Source: Armatimonadota bacterium (GTDB lineage: Bacteria; Armatimonadota; SYMT01). Taken from it: 64,000 bases of DNA. The notes under the pieces were generated by a model that was not told the origin of the DNA, ran no database searches, and saw only the letters and a program-made list of their open reading frames with translations. This document shows, piece after piece, positions 29,652-39,588 of the stretch; positions within the stretch are counted from its first letter, which is position 1, and the number at the start of each line of letters is the position of its first letter. The translations under genes and the position numbers were made by a program. The DNA lies in the NCBI GenBank assembly GCA_041690135.1, contig JAWLHY010000003.1:288001-352000 (forward strand), in the 5' to 3' direction.

Positions 29652-30048
29652 GACGGGTATCGGGTGAACAAGGCTGGGATGCGGTGTTCCAGGCGAATGG
29701 GATTCCCTCGGTCTGTGCCACGTGGGGGTGGCCATGACGGATATCCGGCCCTACAGGCCACGCGTCAATGGCCGGCACGGGGCACAGTTCGGACGACCCA
29801 CACAGGGTTTGCTAATCTGCCACTGTCTTGCTGACGTACCGATGCTAGGGCGGGTTCTCCGATGCCTGCCCTGTCCTGGTTACCCGCCGGTCGTGACGTG
29901 TGGGGTTCGGCTCCGGCATCCTACGTAAACAGATAGGGAATCAGGAGGGCACCGGCCGAACGGAGGACCGCCGCGGTCACGAGTTGGGACTTCCGACCCA
30001 CGCCGTCACTCCCTTCCATGCGACATAGTGATCCGTGGAGACCCAATC

Positions 30049-31662
30049 ATGAGCCAGTTCCGCCCCGCCCTCCTCTTGCTGCTCGGCACCGCCGCCTGCG
30101 TCCCCGCCTCCCTGGGATCCCCAGCGATCCCCGAACCCCCGAACCCCTGCTCGCCTGTGAGCCTGAAAGCCTGCACGCCTGAAAGCCCGCCCACCTCCCG
30201 CTACTTCACCATCCACGTCGTGGACGAGCAGACCGGCCGGGGCGTGCCGCTGGTGGAGCTGCGGACGGTGAACGCGGTGCGCTACTACACGGACAGCAAC
30301 GGCATTGCCGCCCTCGACGAGCCGGGCCTGGTGGGGCAACGGGTCTGGTTCCAGGTGCAGAGCCACGGCTATGAGATGCCGGCGGACGGCTTTGGAATGC
30401 GCGGGATAGCGCTTACGGTGGAGCCGGGAAAAACGGCCCAGGTCAAGATCCGCCGGCTCAACATTGCCGAGCGGCTCTACCGGCTCACCGGCGGGGGGAT
30501 CTACCGGGACAGCCTGCTGGTGGGGCGCGAGGCGCCGGTGAAGGAGCCGCTGCTCAACGCCCAGGTGCTGGGATGCGACAGCGTGCAGAACGCCGTCTAC
30601 CGGGGAAAGCTCTTCTGGATGTGGGGAGACACCAGCCGCCCGGCGTATCCGCTGGGCAACTTCCACATGTCCGGCGCCACTTCGGAGCTACCGGGGAAGG
30701 GCGGCCTGGACCCGAGTCGCGGGGTGAACCTGAACTATTTCAAGGCGGAGACCGGCTTCGCGCGGGAGATGGCGCCGATGCCGGGACCCGGGCCCACCTG
30801 GCTGGATGCGGTGGCGGTGCTCGGCGAAGGCAAGGAAGAACAGCTCTTCGCGGCTTACGCCAAGATCCGGGGCTCGCTGGACGTGTACGAACGGGGCTTC
30901 TGTCGCTTCGATCCGGAGAAGGGCCAGTTCACACGGCTGGGGCAGTTCCCCGTCGATGCTCCCATCTTTCCCCACGGCCACCCGGTGAAGCGCCGCGTGG
31001 ACGGAGTGGACTACGTCTTCTTCGGGGACCCCTTCCCCTTGACCCGCGTCCGGGCGACACCTGCCGCCTACCAGGACCTCTCCCAGTACGAAACGTACAC
31101 GCCCCTCCGGGAGGGGAGCCGGTTGTCGGACCCGGTGATTGATCGGGATGCCCAGGGGAAGGTGCGCTACGCCTGGCGCAAGAACACGCCCGCCGTGAAC
31201 CCGGAAGAGCAGGAGAAGCTGATCCAGACGGGCAAGCTGCGCCGGGAAGAGGCGCTTTGCCGATTTACCGATCCCACCAACGGCAAGCCCGTGGTGATTC
31301 ACCGGGGGACGGTCCACTGGAACGCCTTCCGGAAACGCTGGATCATGATCGCCACGGAGATCGGCGGGACCTCCATGCTGGGTGAGGTGTGGTATTCCGA
31401 GGCGAAGCAGCCCCAGGGCCCGTGGCTCTCCGCCCGCAAGATCGTCACGCACGATCGGTACAGCTTCTACAATCCGGCCCACCATCCCGAATTCGATCAG
31501 CAGGGTGGAAAGGTGATCTACTTCGAGGGGACCTACACCCACAGTTTCTCCGGCAACCCCGACCAGACGCCCCGCTACGACTATAACCAGGTGATGTACC
31601 GCCTCAACCTGGCGGACCCGCGCCTGGGCGGAAGGAATCAACCCGAGGGAGTTCGGAATTAA
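30049..31662 (+). CDS. Secreted conserved hypothetical protein (N-terminal carboxypeptidase-regulatory-like Ig domain plus probable beta-propeller)
   Basis: Signal peptide; VVDEQTGRGVPLVEL..TDSNG; RLYRLTGGGIY; WGDT; YFEGTY; strong codon bias. Confidence 0.75.
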   Translation: MSQFRPALLLLLGTAACVPASLGSPAIPEPPNPCSPVSLKACTPESPPTSRYFTIHVVDEQTGRGVPLVELRTVNAVRYYTDSNGIAALDEPGLVGQRVWFQVQSHGYEMPADGFGMRGIALTVEPGKTAQVKIRRLNIAERLYRLTGGGIYRDSLLVGREAPVKEPLLNAQVLGCDSVQNAVYRGKLFWMWGDTSRPAYPLGNFHMSGATSELPGKGGLDPSRGVNLNYFKAETGFAREMAPMPGPGPTWLDAVAVLGEGKEEQLFAAYAKIRGSLDVYERGFCRFDPEKGQFTRLGQFPVDAPIFPHGHPVKRRVDGVDYVFFGDPFPLTRVRATPAAYQDLSQYETYTPLREGSRLSDPVIDRDAQGKVRYAWRKNTPAVNPEEQEKLIQTGKLRREEALCRFTDPTNGKPVVIHRGTVHWNAFRKRWIMIATEIGGTSMLGEVWYSEAKQPQGPWLSARKIVTHDRYSFYNPAHHPEFDQQGGKVIYFEGTYTHSFSGNPDQTPRYDYNQVMYRLNLADPRLGGRNQPEGVRN

Positions 31663-31706
31663 CGGGAGGGCGTTCGCTTTATTGCCCCACAAGGAGAAGA
31701 CACCGA

Positions 31707-32327
31707 ATGTGGAGCGCGGTCGTGGCTCGCGTGGTTTATGTGGGGGTAGGAGTTTGCTTGTTGGGAATGGCGGTGCCGGCATCGGCGCAGACCGTGACCC
31801 TCAATTTCACGAGTGGCACGGAGGTTGATCCAGGACGGAAATACAGTGAGAGCGGTTACGACGTAGCCCATCCCGATCACCATCTCCATCTTACGGGCGG
31901 CCGCTTGCAATTGCACGGACCCGCCGGGCCGGACGACAGCTCGAAGACGCACTTCCTGCGGAGCCTGGACAACCTGGGGCGCTTCAGCTTCCGCGGTCTC
32001 GCGTATTTCGCCTCGGCGCCGTTCCAATTCCGGCTGCGGGCCATCGGCCACGATGAGAGCGTATTGGACGAGCAGACCATCAGCGGCGCGTCGAACGGCA
32101 CCTTTCTCTTTGGAGACATTCCCAGCCCACTCCAGTCCAAGTGGGAATGCGTAACGCGCGTGGAAGCCCACCTCGATACCGGCACCGTGGAACTGGACGA
32201 CGTCACCTTCGAGGACTGCGACGAGCGGGGCAGCCCCAGCCCTGTTCCCGAACCGGCCTCCCTCGCCCTCTTCCTGCCCGCCCTGGCCGGCGTCGTAGTC
32301 CTCCGGCGCCGTCATTTAGGGGGTTAG
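31707..32327 (+). CDS. PEP-CTERM sorting domain protein
   Basis: Signal peptide; C-terminal VPEPASLALFLPALAGVVVLRRR. Confidence 0.88.
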   Translation: MWSAVVARVVYVGVGVCLLGMAVPASAQTVTLNFTSGTEVDPGRKYSESGYDVAHPDHHLHLTGGRLQLHGPAGPDDSSKTHFLRSLDNLGRFSFRGLAYFASAPFQFRLRAIGHDESVLDEQTISGASNGTFLFGDIPSPLQSKWECVTRVEAHLDTGTVELDDVTFEDCDERGSPSPVPEPASLALFLPALAGVVVLRRRHLGG

Positions 32328-32524
32328 GCGCAGGAATCCCACCCCGCATGCCGGATGTTGCTAGGATTACAAGGTAGCATCCGGCGTGCTCGGGCAAGGG
32401 GTAAGGGGCTCTTGGGGCGAACAGGACCCGGAACTGACGGTGGATCGGAGCCAACCCTCCGGCCTTACTCGGGCCTCCCTCCGGCTCCGGGCACCGCAAC
32501 CCGGGGATATTCTCGGCCGTTTGG

Positions 32525-34153
32525 ATGAAGGGGACACGGCCGCCCGACCGGATTGGCCCGGAAGCACGCCCAGGGAGCCCGCAGGTGAACGGACACGAAG
32601 CCGCGGTACCGCACGGTATCGACATCACGCCTTTTATTTCCCTGCTGATCATCGCCTCCGTCGTGGCGATGTTCGCGCAGCGGATCCGCCTACCCTATGC
32701 CCTCGCGCTGGTGATTACCGGTCTGCTTGTGGGGGCGCCCCATCTCCTGCCGAACGTCCATCTCGAACCGCATACGCTCTTTACGGTGTTCCTGCCGCCG
32801 CTGCTGTTCGAATCCGCCATCAACCTCCGCGCGGATATCCTGCGCCGCAACTGGCTGCCGATCGCCATCTTTGCGCTGGCGGGGACCCTGCTGGCGGCCG
32901 GGATCGTAGGTGGCCTGGTTCACCTGGCGCTCGGTCTGCCGCTACTGGTGGCCCTGCTGTTCGGGGCGCTCATCTCGCCCACCGACCCGATCTCCGTAAT
33001 TGCCCTCTTCAAACGGCTGGGGGTGGGGAAGCGGCTCGCCGTGCTGGTGGAGGCGGAGAGCCTCTTCAATGATGGCGTGGCGGTGGTCGTCTTCGGAGTG
33101 CTGCTGGGGGCCGTGGGCGGCGCGCAGATCACCGCGGGCGGCACCCTCGTCAAATTCGTGACGGTGGTGGCGGGCGGAGCGGGGATCGGCCTGTTGATCG
33201 GCGCCGCGATGTCCCGCGTGACCCGGTACTTCGACGACCACCTCCTGGAGATCATGCTCACCACGGTGGTGGCGTTCGGCTCCTACCTCTTTGCGGAGGC
33301 GCTCCACGTCTCCGGGGTGATCGCGGTGGTGGTGGCGGGCCTGGTGGTGGGGAACTACGGGATCCCCACCGGCATGTCGCCCACCACCCGCCTGGCGGTC
33401 CACTCCTTCTGGGAGTACGCGGCGTTCGCGGTCAATTCCCTGGTCTTCCTCCTGGTGGGAATCGAGGTCACCTACCTCGATATCTGGGACAAGCTGGTGC
33501 CGATCGGCATCGCCATCGGCGCGGTGCTCGCGGGGCGGGCGGTCAGCATCTACGGGCTGTCGCTCCTGGCGAACGGGATGAAGGCCGATGTGCCGTTTAC
33601 CTGGCAGCACGTCTTCTTCTGGGGCGGCCTGCGGGGTGCGCTCTCCATGGCCCTGGTGCTCAGCCTGCCGCGGGATATGGAGTTCCGGAACACGCTGGTG
33701 GTGCTCACCTTCGGCGTGGTGCTCTTTTCCTTGCTGGCGCAGGGTCTCACGGTGGAGCCGCTGCTCCGGCGCTTGAAACTGGTAGGGAGAGCCTCCCGCG
33801 AGAGCGAGTACAGCCGCATCGTGGGCCAGATGTTCGCGGCCCGGGCCGCCGGTGCAGAGTTGACCCGCATGCACGAAGAGCGGCTGATACCCCGCAACGT
33901 GCTCGAGCCTCTGGGCGAGGCCTACCAGGCCCGCATCGACCGTTTAGAGCAAGAGGCGGAGGCGCTTCACCTCAGTGACGAGGAACTGCGCGCGCGCCAG
34001 ATCTGCGAGGCGAAGCGCCGGGCGTTGATCGCGGAAAAGGCCGCCCTGCAAGAGGCCTGGCGCAGCGGCCTGATCCAGGAGGAGGACCTGCGCCACCTGG
34101 AGGAAGGGATCGACGCGCAACTGGCGGATCTCCAGGCCCAGAACGCCCATTGA
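32525..34153 (+). CDS. Na+/H+ antiporter (CPA1/NhaP family); start uncertain
   Basis: FLPPLLFE, ISPTDPISV, EAESLFNDG, SGVIAVV, WGGLRGALS. Confidence 0.9.
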   Translation: MKGTRPPDRIGPEARPGSPQVNGHEAAVPHGIDITPFISLLIIASVVAMFAQRIRLPYALALVITGLLVGAPHLLPNVHLEPHTLFTVFLPPLLFESAINLRADILRRNWLPIAIFALAGTLLAAGIVGGLVHLALGLPLLVALLFGALISPTDPISVIALFKRLGVGKRLAVLVEAESLFNDGVAVVVFGVLLGAVGGAQITAGGTLVKFVTVVAGGAGIGLLIGAAMSRVTRYFDDHLLEIMLTTVVAFGSYLFAEALHVSGVIAVVVAGLVVGNYGIPTGMSPTTRLAVHSFWEYAAFAVNSLVFLLVGIEVTYLDIWDKLVPIGIAIGAVLAGRAVSIYGLSLLANGMKADVPFTWQHVFFWGGLRGALSMALVLSLPRDMEFRNTLVVLTFGVVLFSLLAQGLTVEPLLRRLKLVGRASRESEYSRIVGQMFAARAAGAELTRMHEERLIPRNVLEPLGEAYQARIDRLEQEAEALHLSDEELRARQICEAKRRALIAEKAALQEAWRSGLIQEEDLRHLEEGIDAQLADLQAQNAH

Positions 34154-34448
34154 GGAGCATCCATCGGCACCCAATTTGCCGGGTCCTTGGGCGCTCGCCA
34201 AAGTTTTGCAAAAAAGGCGGAACCTGTACGGGCAAGCATGGGTCGTGCCCTTGACCACCTCCATTGCGCCTGCAGACCCTCCACATTCCGGAGATGAATG
34301 GGTAAAATGAAACAAATGTTCTCTCCGGGTGTCGGATTCGATGCGACGGACAGGCAGGTGTGTCGGAACAACCCCCGGGCACTGGCGAGGTAGACCGGTC
34401 CCATCACCGGAAGCCTCCGAGTGTCCTTAAGAAAGGAAACGGGCAGCC

Positions 34449-37328
34449 ATGAACCGCAAGTTGGGAAGCTGCCTGCTGGTCGCGGCCCTCACGCTCTTGA
34501 TGGCGGGAGCGGCCCGAGCGGAGGAATACCGTACGGGTCGGGTCAGCGATCTCCGAGGCAATCTCGCCGTCCGCGGCGAGCATGAGGATGATGTCAGTTA
34601 CCTGGAGCGCAACGCGATCATTCGGGAAGGAGACACTCTCTGGACGGATGATGACGGGCGCGCCGAGATCGAGCTGGAGCGCGGCGCCTGGGTCAGGATG
34701 GCGGAGGACACCAAGCTGGAAGTCCGTAGCCTGCCCCCGAGCGGCGATTTCCGGCTCTGGACGGGCTCGGTCTACTTCGACGTTTCCGAGCGGATCGAAT
34801 CCCCGATCCGGCTCAAGACGCCGGTCGGCGACGTAGACGTTGAGCCGAACAGTGTGGTCCGTGTCGATCTGAACGAATCGCTCAGCGCGCGGGTGAGTGT
34901 GTGGAACGGCCGCGCCCGGGTCTACCCCGAGCGGGGCTCTTCGTTGCGCGTGGGCGTCGGCGAACGCATCTACCTGGAGCCGGACCGCCCCCTGGATGAC
35001 CCGCGGCGCTTCGATCGCGGTGACCTCGATGGGTTCGATCGCTTTCACCGCGAGCGGATCGACTACTATATCAACCGACCCCTGCCTCGCGAGCTGGAGC
35101 GGGAGATCGTCGGCGCCCGCGACCTGAATGATTACGGCTCCTGGGTCGTAGTCGATCGAGTCTCGTATTGGCGGCCCCGCTGCGAGCCGGGCTGGCGCCC
35201 CTACTCGCAGGGTTATTGGAGCTGGGTGCCGGGTTACGGCCAGACCTGGGTCGACTACTCGCCCTGGGGGTACACCACCTCGCACTACGGAAGCTGGATG
35301 TACCGACCCGTCTACGGGTGGCTCTGGTGCCCCAGCTACACCTGGCGACCCCACTATGTCCACTGGGGTTCGTACGGGAACTACTATGGTTGGTGCCCGA
35401 TCGATCCGTGGGGAGTGCCGGCCTATTACCCGGGCAGCGGGTTCAGCATCGGGTTCGGGACGGGTAGCTTCTTCTTCGACTATCGTAGCTGGTCGTTCTG
35501 CGACCGCGACCGGTTCTTCTACGGTCGTCATCACTGGCGCCATCCGGACTTCGACCGCCGCGGGCGGCGACAGTTCTTCACGGCGCACGATATTTCGGTG
35601 AAGAACCACGGCTTCAACCTGGTGAAGGACCCGCACCGGGAGTTCGGCGCGCCGAAGTCGCAGGTGCGCGGCCTGACCTTCGGCGGGAACGGCCGATTGG
35701 CCCGGGAACGCGTGCTGGCCTTTGAAAACAAGCTGCCGGCCACCGGTCTCAAGCGGATCGAGAACCGGTTCGGCGTGCCAGCCACGCGGGACCGTGAGTT
35801 CGCCCAGCGGGGCAGCGATATCCCGCAGCTCCAGCGCGGCACCGGCGTGAAGATCGACGACCGGATCGTTCGCGGCGACGACGCGGCAAAACGGGTCTTC
35901 GGCGGCCGGCGCCCCGATGCCGGACGTCCCCAGTCCGGTCGACCGGGTGACGGCCAGCCGGGCGGACGCGGTCTCAAACCGAGCCCCATCGCCCCGCAGC
36001 CCGGGAGCCGGGACGGAAATGCGGACGGCAACAAGCCGGGTCTCGGTCGTCCCCAGGGCGGCAACGATCAACCGGGGCAGTCTCCCGCGGATCGACCTTC
36101 GGGAGTGAAACCGGGCGGATCGGACCGGGATGGTGGCTTCCGCCGCGGACTTCCCGGCGTGGGCCGGGGCCGGGATGGGCAGCCGGGCGATGCCAACCCG
36201 GGGGCCGGTGGGCTCAAGCCGGGCAGCCGGCCCGGCGATTCCGGAGCGGGAGTTTCCCGCCCGGGCGATAGCCGCAACGACAACGGCCCGAAGCCGGGAT
36301 TGGGCACCCAGCCTGGGACGGATCGTGACCGTACCGGTCGTGATTCGCCCTTCCGCCGGGGAGATGGTTCGTCCACGGATAAAGGTGACGCCCAGCGGCG
36401 CTTCGAGCCGCGGACCTCGCCGCGAGAGGACCGGGGCCGCTCGTCGGAGCCTTCGCGCGACCGGGGCTCCAACAAACCGCAGCCGAAGTCCTCGGAGTTT
36501 GGTGGTGGAATCGGTTCCCAGCCCAACTTCCGGGACTTCCCCCTGCGCGGAACACCCTCCACTCCGCAAGACCGGACGGGATCCGCGGGCCGGGACGACA
36601 GTCCTTTCCGGCGAGGAGAGGGGCGCGCTCCTGGTGCGCCGGTCACCTCGCCGCGGGGCAACCTGACGCCGAGCCCGAGTGGTCCTGCCCGACCGCTGGA
36701 AGGCGACCGCACCCGCCCGCCGGACCCGCCCAAGCCGGGGGGTTCGTTCCGGGATCCGGGGACGCCTGCCACCCGCTTCCCCAGCTCGGGGGTTCCGGCG
36801 GATCGGGACGGGGCTTTCCGCCGTGGCACCGGCAGCGATAGTGGCAGCGGTAGCCCGTTTACGGGGCGGCCGTCCACCGGCAGCAACCCTTCGGGGTCCA
36901 CCTACGACCGGGGCAGCAGCGGCAGCCGCTCCCCGTTCGGGAGCCCGGCGCAGGGGAGTCGGAGTCCGTCGTACGACCGGTCGCCTTCGGGTTCCGGTCG
37001 GGGTAGCTACAGCCCGCCCACCAGCAACTCGCCCTCCAGCCGGGGCAGCTTCGGAGGCGGTAGCTCCTCCTATTCACGGGGTAGCTACTCCTCTCCGGGA
37101 TACTCGAGAGGCAGCAGCGGCTCCTCGTCGCGCGGGTCGTTCGGAAGCGGCAGCTCCTCGCCCTCTCGTGGCAGCTACGGCAGCCGCGGGTCGTATGGAA
37201 GCTCCCGCTCCTTCAGCGGTGGTTCCCGTTCATCGGGCAGTCGCAGCTTCGGGTCGTCTCGCAGCTCCGGATCTTCGTCCCGGGGCGGGGGAGGCGGCTC
37301 ATCCCGCGGCGGCAGATCGGGACGCTAA
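34449..37328 (+). CDS. Secreted FecR-domain / DUF6600 protein with long G/R/S/P-rich disordered tail
   Basis: Signal peptide; GDTLWT..GRAEIE FecR-like region; DLNDYGSW..WRPY..GYW.W..PWGYTTSHYGSW (DUF6600); low-complexity C-terminal half. Confidence 0.82.
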   Translation: MNRKLGSCLLVAALTLLMAGAARAEEYRTGRVSDLRGNLAVRGEHEDDVSYLERNAIIREGDTLWTDDDGRAEIELERGAWVRMAEDTKLEVRSLPPSGDFRLWTGSVYFDVSERIESPIRLKTPVGDVDVEPNSVVRVDLNESLSARVSVWNGRARVYPERGSSLRVGVGERIYLEPDRPLDDPRRFDRGDLDGFDRFHRERIDYYINRPLPRELEREIVGARDLNDYGSWVVVDRVSYWRPRCEPGWRPYSQGYWSWVPGYGQTWVDYSPWGYTTSHYGSWMYRPVYGWLWCPSYTWRPHYVHWGSYGNYYGWCPIDPWGVPAYYPGSGFSIGFGTGSFFFDYRSWSFCDRDRFFYGRHHWRHPDFDRRGRRQFFTAHDISVKNHGFNLVKDPHREFGAPKSQVRGLTFGGNGRLARERVLAFENKLPATGLKRIENRFGVPATRDREFAQRGSDIPQLQRGTGVKIDDRIVRGDDAAKRVFGGRRPDAGRPQSGRPGDGQPGGRGLKPSPIAPQPGSRDGNADGNKPGLGRPQGGNDQPGQSPADRPSGVKPGGSDRDGGFRRGLPGVGRGRDGQPGDANPGAGGLKPGSRPGDSGAGVSRPGDSRNDNGPKPGLGTQPGTDRDRTGRDSPFRRGDGSSTDKGDAQRRFEPRTSPREDRGRSSEPSRDRGSNKPQPKSSEFGGGIGSQPNFRDFPLRGTPSTPQDRTGSAGRDDSPFRRGEGRAPGAPVTSPRGNLTPSPSGPARPLEGDRTRPPDPPKPGGSFRDPGTPATRFPSSGVPADRDGAFRRGTGSDSGSGSPFTGRPSTGSNPSGSTYDRGSSGSRSPFGSPAQGSRSPSYDRSPSGSGRGSYSPPTSNSPSSRGSFGGGSSSYSRGSYSSPGYSRGSSGSSSRGSFGSGSSSPSRGSYGSRGSYGSSRSFSGGSRSSGSRSFGSSRSSGSSSRGGGGGSSRGGRSGR

Positions 37329-37345
37329 CCGGATAGGTTAGCTCG

Positions 37346-37391
37346 ACAAAAGAAGACCGGCGGGCCTGGAGGCCCGCCGGTCTTCTTTTGT
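37346..37391. terminator. Bidirectional intrinsic terminator
   Basis: ACAAAAGAAGACCGGCGGGCC-tgga-GGCCCGCCGGTCTTCTTTTGT perfect inverted repeat. Confidence 0.9.
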
Positions 37392-37662
37392 TTCACCCTT
37401 ATCAGGTACAATCCAGGTAGGTCGATAGCTGCAGCCTCAATCCAGGCAGGGGAATCAGTTGTAGGCGGGTGCAATCCAGCAAGTCTCTGGACAAGGCACC
37501 TGTAGGGAACGTCGCGCCGTAGCGTTCCGACGGTAAGGAGTTGATCCCGCCATGCCAACTCGTAGCGATCCAGAGCGGCGAGCACCGCTGACGCGCATCT
37601 GCACGGGCCTCAAAAGCTGCTCTGCTGCTTCGGTAGACCCACTATCACCGATCAGGGCTCCC

Positions 37663-38583
37663 ATGAAGAAAAAGCTGGCGATACTCACCGGGCCGACGGC
37701 CGTGGGGAAGACGGAGATCTCCCTCGACGTGGCCCAGCGGCTCGCGACGGAGATCCTCTCCGCGGACTCCATGGCGGTCTACCGGCGGATGGATGCCGCC
37801 ACGGCCAAACCCAGCCGGGAAGAGCGCACCCGGGTGCCGCACCACCTGATCGACATCGTGGACCCGACCGAACCGTTCACGGTGGCCGACTACCGGGACC
37901 ACGCTGTTCCGGTCATCGAGCGCCTCTTCGCGGAAGATCGGACCCCGCTGCTGGTGGGGGGCACCCGGCTTTACCTGCTCTCCCTCACGCAATCGTTCGT
38001 CACCGGTCCGGAGCCGGACCCGGAGTACCGCCGCAGCCTTCAGGACCGCGCCAGCGAGGAGCTCCACGCGGAGTTAGCGCAGGTAGACCCCGCCACGGCC
38101 GCCTGGGTGCACCCCGCCGACCGGAAGCGGATCGTCCGCGCGCTGGAGGTGTGGCATACCACGGGGCAGCCGATCTCCCAGCAGCAGGCGGCCAGCCGAG
38201 AAGTGGGCGGCCTCTACGATGCCGTGTGGGTGGCACTGGTTCGGGACCGGGAAGAGCTGTACCGGCGAGTGGACGAGCGGGTGGACGCCATGATCCGCAA
38301 CGGCCTGGTCGAGGAAGTCCGCGGCTTCCTCGCCGAAGGCCTCACCGCCGACACTCCCTCCATGGCCGGCCACGGCTACAAGGAGATCCTGCGCGCCCTC
38401 ACCGGCGAGTACGACCTGGAAGAAGGCATCCGCCTCCTGAAGCGGAACACCCGCCGCTACGTGAAGTACCAGCTCATGTGGCTCCGCGGCCTGCCCCAGG
38501 TGCACTACGTGAGGGCGGATCAGGACCACTCCGCCGCCGTCGAGCAGGTCGTTCAGCATTTTACACGGGACTCGGGCGCGTAA
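37663..38583 (+). CDS. miaA: tRNA (adenosine(37)-N6)-dimethylallyltransferase
   Basis: GPTAVGKT, SADSM..YR.MD..TAKP, PHHLID, VGGTRLY, IVRALEV, TRRYVK.Q..W. Confidence 0.96.
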   Translation: MKKKLAILTGPTAVGKTEISLDVAQRLATEILSADSMAVYRRMDAATAKPSREERTRVPHHLIDIVDPTEPFTVADYRDHAVPVIERLFAEDRTPLLVGGTRLYLLSLTQSFVTGPEPDPEYRRSLQDRASEELHAELAQVDPATAAWVHPADRKRIVRALEVWHTTGQPISQQQAASREVGGLYDAVWVALVRDREELYRRVDERVDAMIRNGLVEEVRGFLAEGLTADTPSMAGHGYKEILRALTGEYDLEEGIRLLKRNTRRYVKYQLMWLRGLPQVHYVRADQDHSAAVEQVVQHFTRDSGA

Positions 38584-38639
38584 CGCGTAAATCTGCCGCA
38601 GGACTGCTGGGCTCGTGCGGTGCCGCGCCGTAGCACGAG

Positions 38640-38945
38640 ATGCGTTCCTCGGGCCATCCCGCGAAACGTGAAGGTCTGGGGCCAGGGAGTCGTTGTGACA
38701 ACCTGTCTTACACACAGGCACCCGACCGGAAGCTCCGCACCCTTCACGTCCTCGGGCTTCACGTTTCACGTATCATCCGTCCAGCCCCACGCCTTCACGC
38801 ACGCACGACGTTCAAGCCCGAGGTAACACTTCTGCCGCTACGCACGAAGGCCTCACGCCTCACTCACCTGAACGAGACCCAATCTCTGCCTCCGCACCCG
38901 CTACGCACGAAAGCCACGCCCCGCGCATATTCCCTTCACGGATTC
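38640..38945. repeat. Degenerate (TTCACG/CACGCA)-type short-repeat intergenic patch
   Basis: Recurrent cttcacgt, tttcacgt, ttcacgcacgcacg, ccgctacgcacgaa (x2), cctcacgcctcac. Confidence 0.55.
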
Positions 38946-38985
38946 CGGGCCCTATCCCGTCTTTCATGGGTGGGAGGGCGCTTGA

Positions 38986-39588
38986 TTGGAAGCGGGCTAT
39001 CCGGAAGCGGACCTGGTAACGCGGGCAAAAGAGGGGGACGCGAGCGCGTTCGTGCAGTTGTGCGAGCTGCACCGCGCGCGGATCTGGCGAATCGTGGCGT
39101 CCGTGGCCCGGGGCGCCGATGGGGAGGACCTGGCGCAGGAGGCCATCCTTCGCGCCTATCGGGGTCTCCACCGCTACCAGGGGGAAGCGCCGTTTGAGGC
39201 CTGGCTCTGCCGGATCGCCGTGAACGTGGCGCACGACCACCTGCGGTCGGCGTGGCGCCGGCGGGTCACCTTATTCGAGCGGGCGCCGGATGATGCCTCC
39301 ATGCCGCCCGAGGATCCGGAGAACCTGGCCGAGAGACGTGAACTCCAGCGGCGGGTCCGTCGGGCCGTCGCGGGGCTGCCGGAGAACCAACGGGTGCCGA
39401 TCTGGCTGCACTATTTCGAGGGCTTCTCGCTGGCGGAAGTCTCGCGACTGGAAGGGACACCCGAGCCTACCGTCCGGAGCCGGGTGAAGGCCGGTCTCAA
39501 GCGTCTCTCCCAGTCCCTTCAGGACCTTCTCCCCCCACCGGAGCAGGCGCTGCAGTTCGAAGCCGATGTGAAAGGGTGTGGAGCATGA
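38986..39588 (+). CDS. ECF (sigma-70 group 4) RNA polymerase sigma factor
   Basis: EDLAQEAILRAY, FEAWLCRIAVN, region 4 FSLAEVS...TVRSR; GGAGG RBS before TTG. Confidence 0.9.
   Translation: MEAGYPEADLVTRAKEGDASAFVQLCELHRARIWRIVASVARGADGEDLAQEAILRAYRGLHRYQGEAPFEAWLCRIAVNVAHDHLRSAWRRRVTLFERAPDDASMPPEDPENLAERRELQRRVRRAVAGLPENQRVPIWLHYFEGFSLAEVSRLEGTPEPTVRSRVKAGLKRLSQSLQDLLPPPEQALQFEADVKGCGA

Noticed and set aside
32330-32525. Possible Na+/Li+ riboswitch upstream of the antiporter
   Set aside because: No recognisable consensus; the visible hairpin (GCCGGATG...CATCCGGC) looks REP-like
34404-36569. 721-aa minus-strand ORF
   Set aside because: Antisense shadow of the FecR/DUF6600 gene with no motifs of its own
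37325-37585. 86-aa minus-strand ORF between the DUF6600 gene and miaA
   Set aside because: Runs through the terminator hairpin, with no RBS or motif; insufficient support
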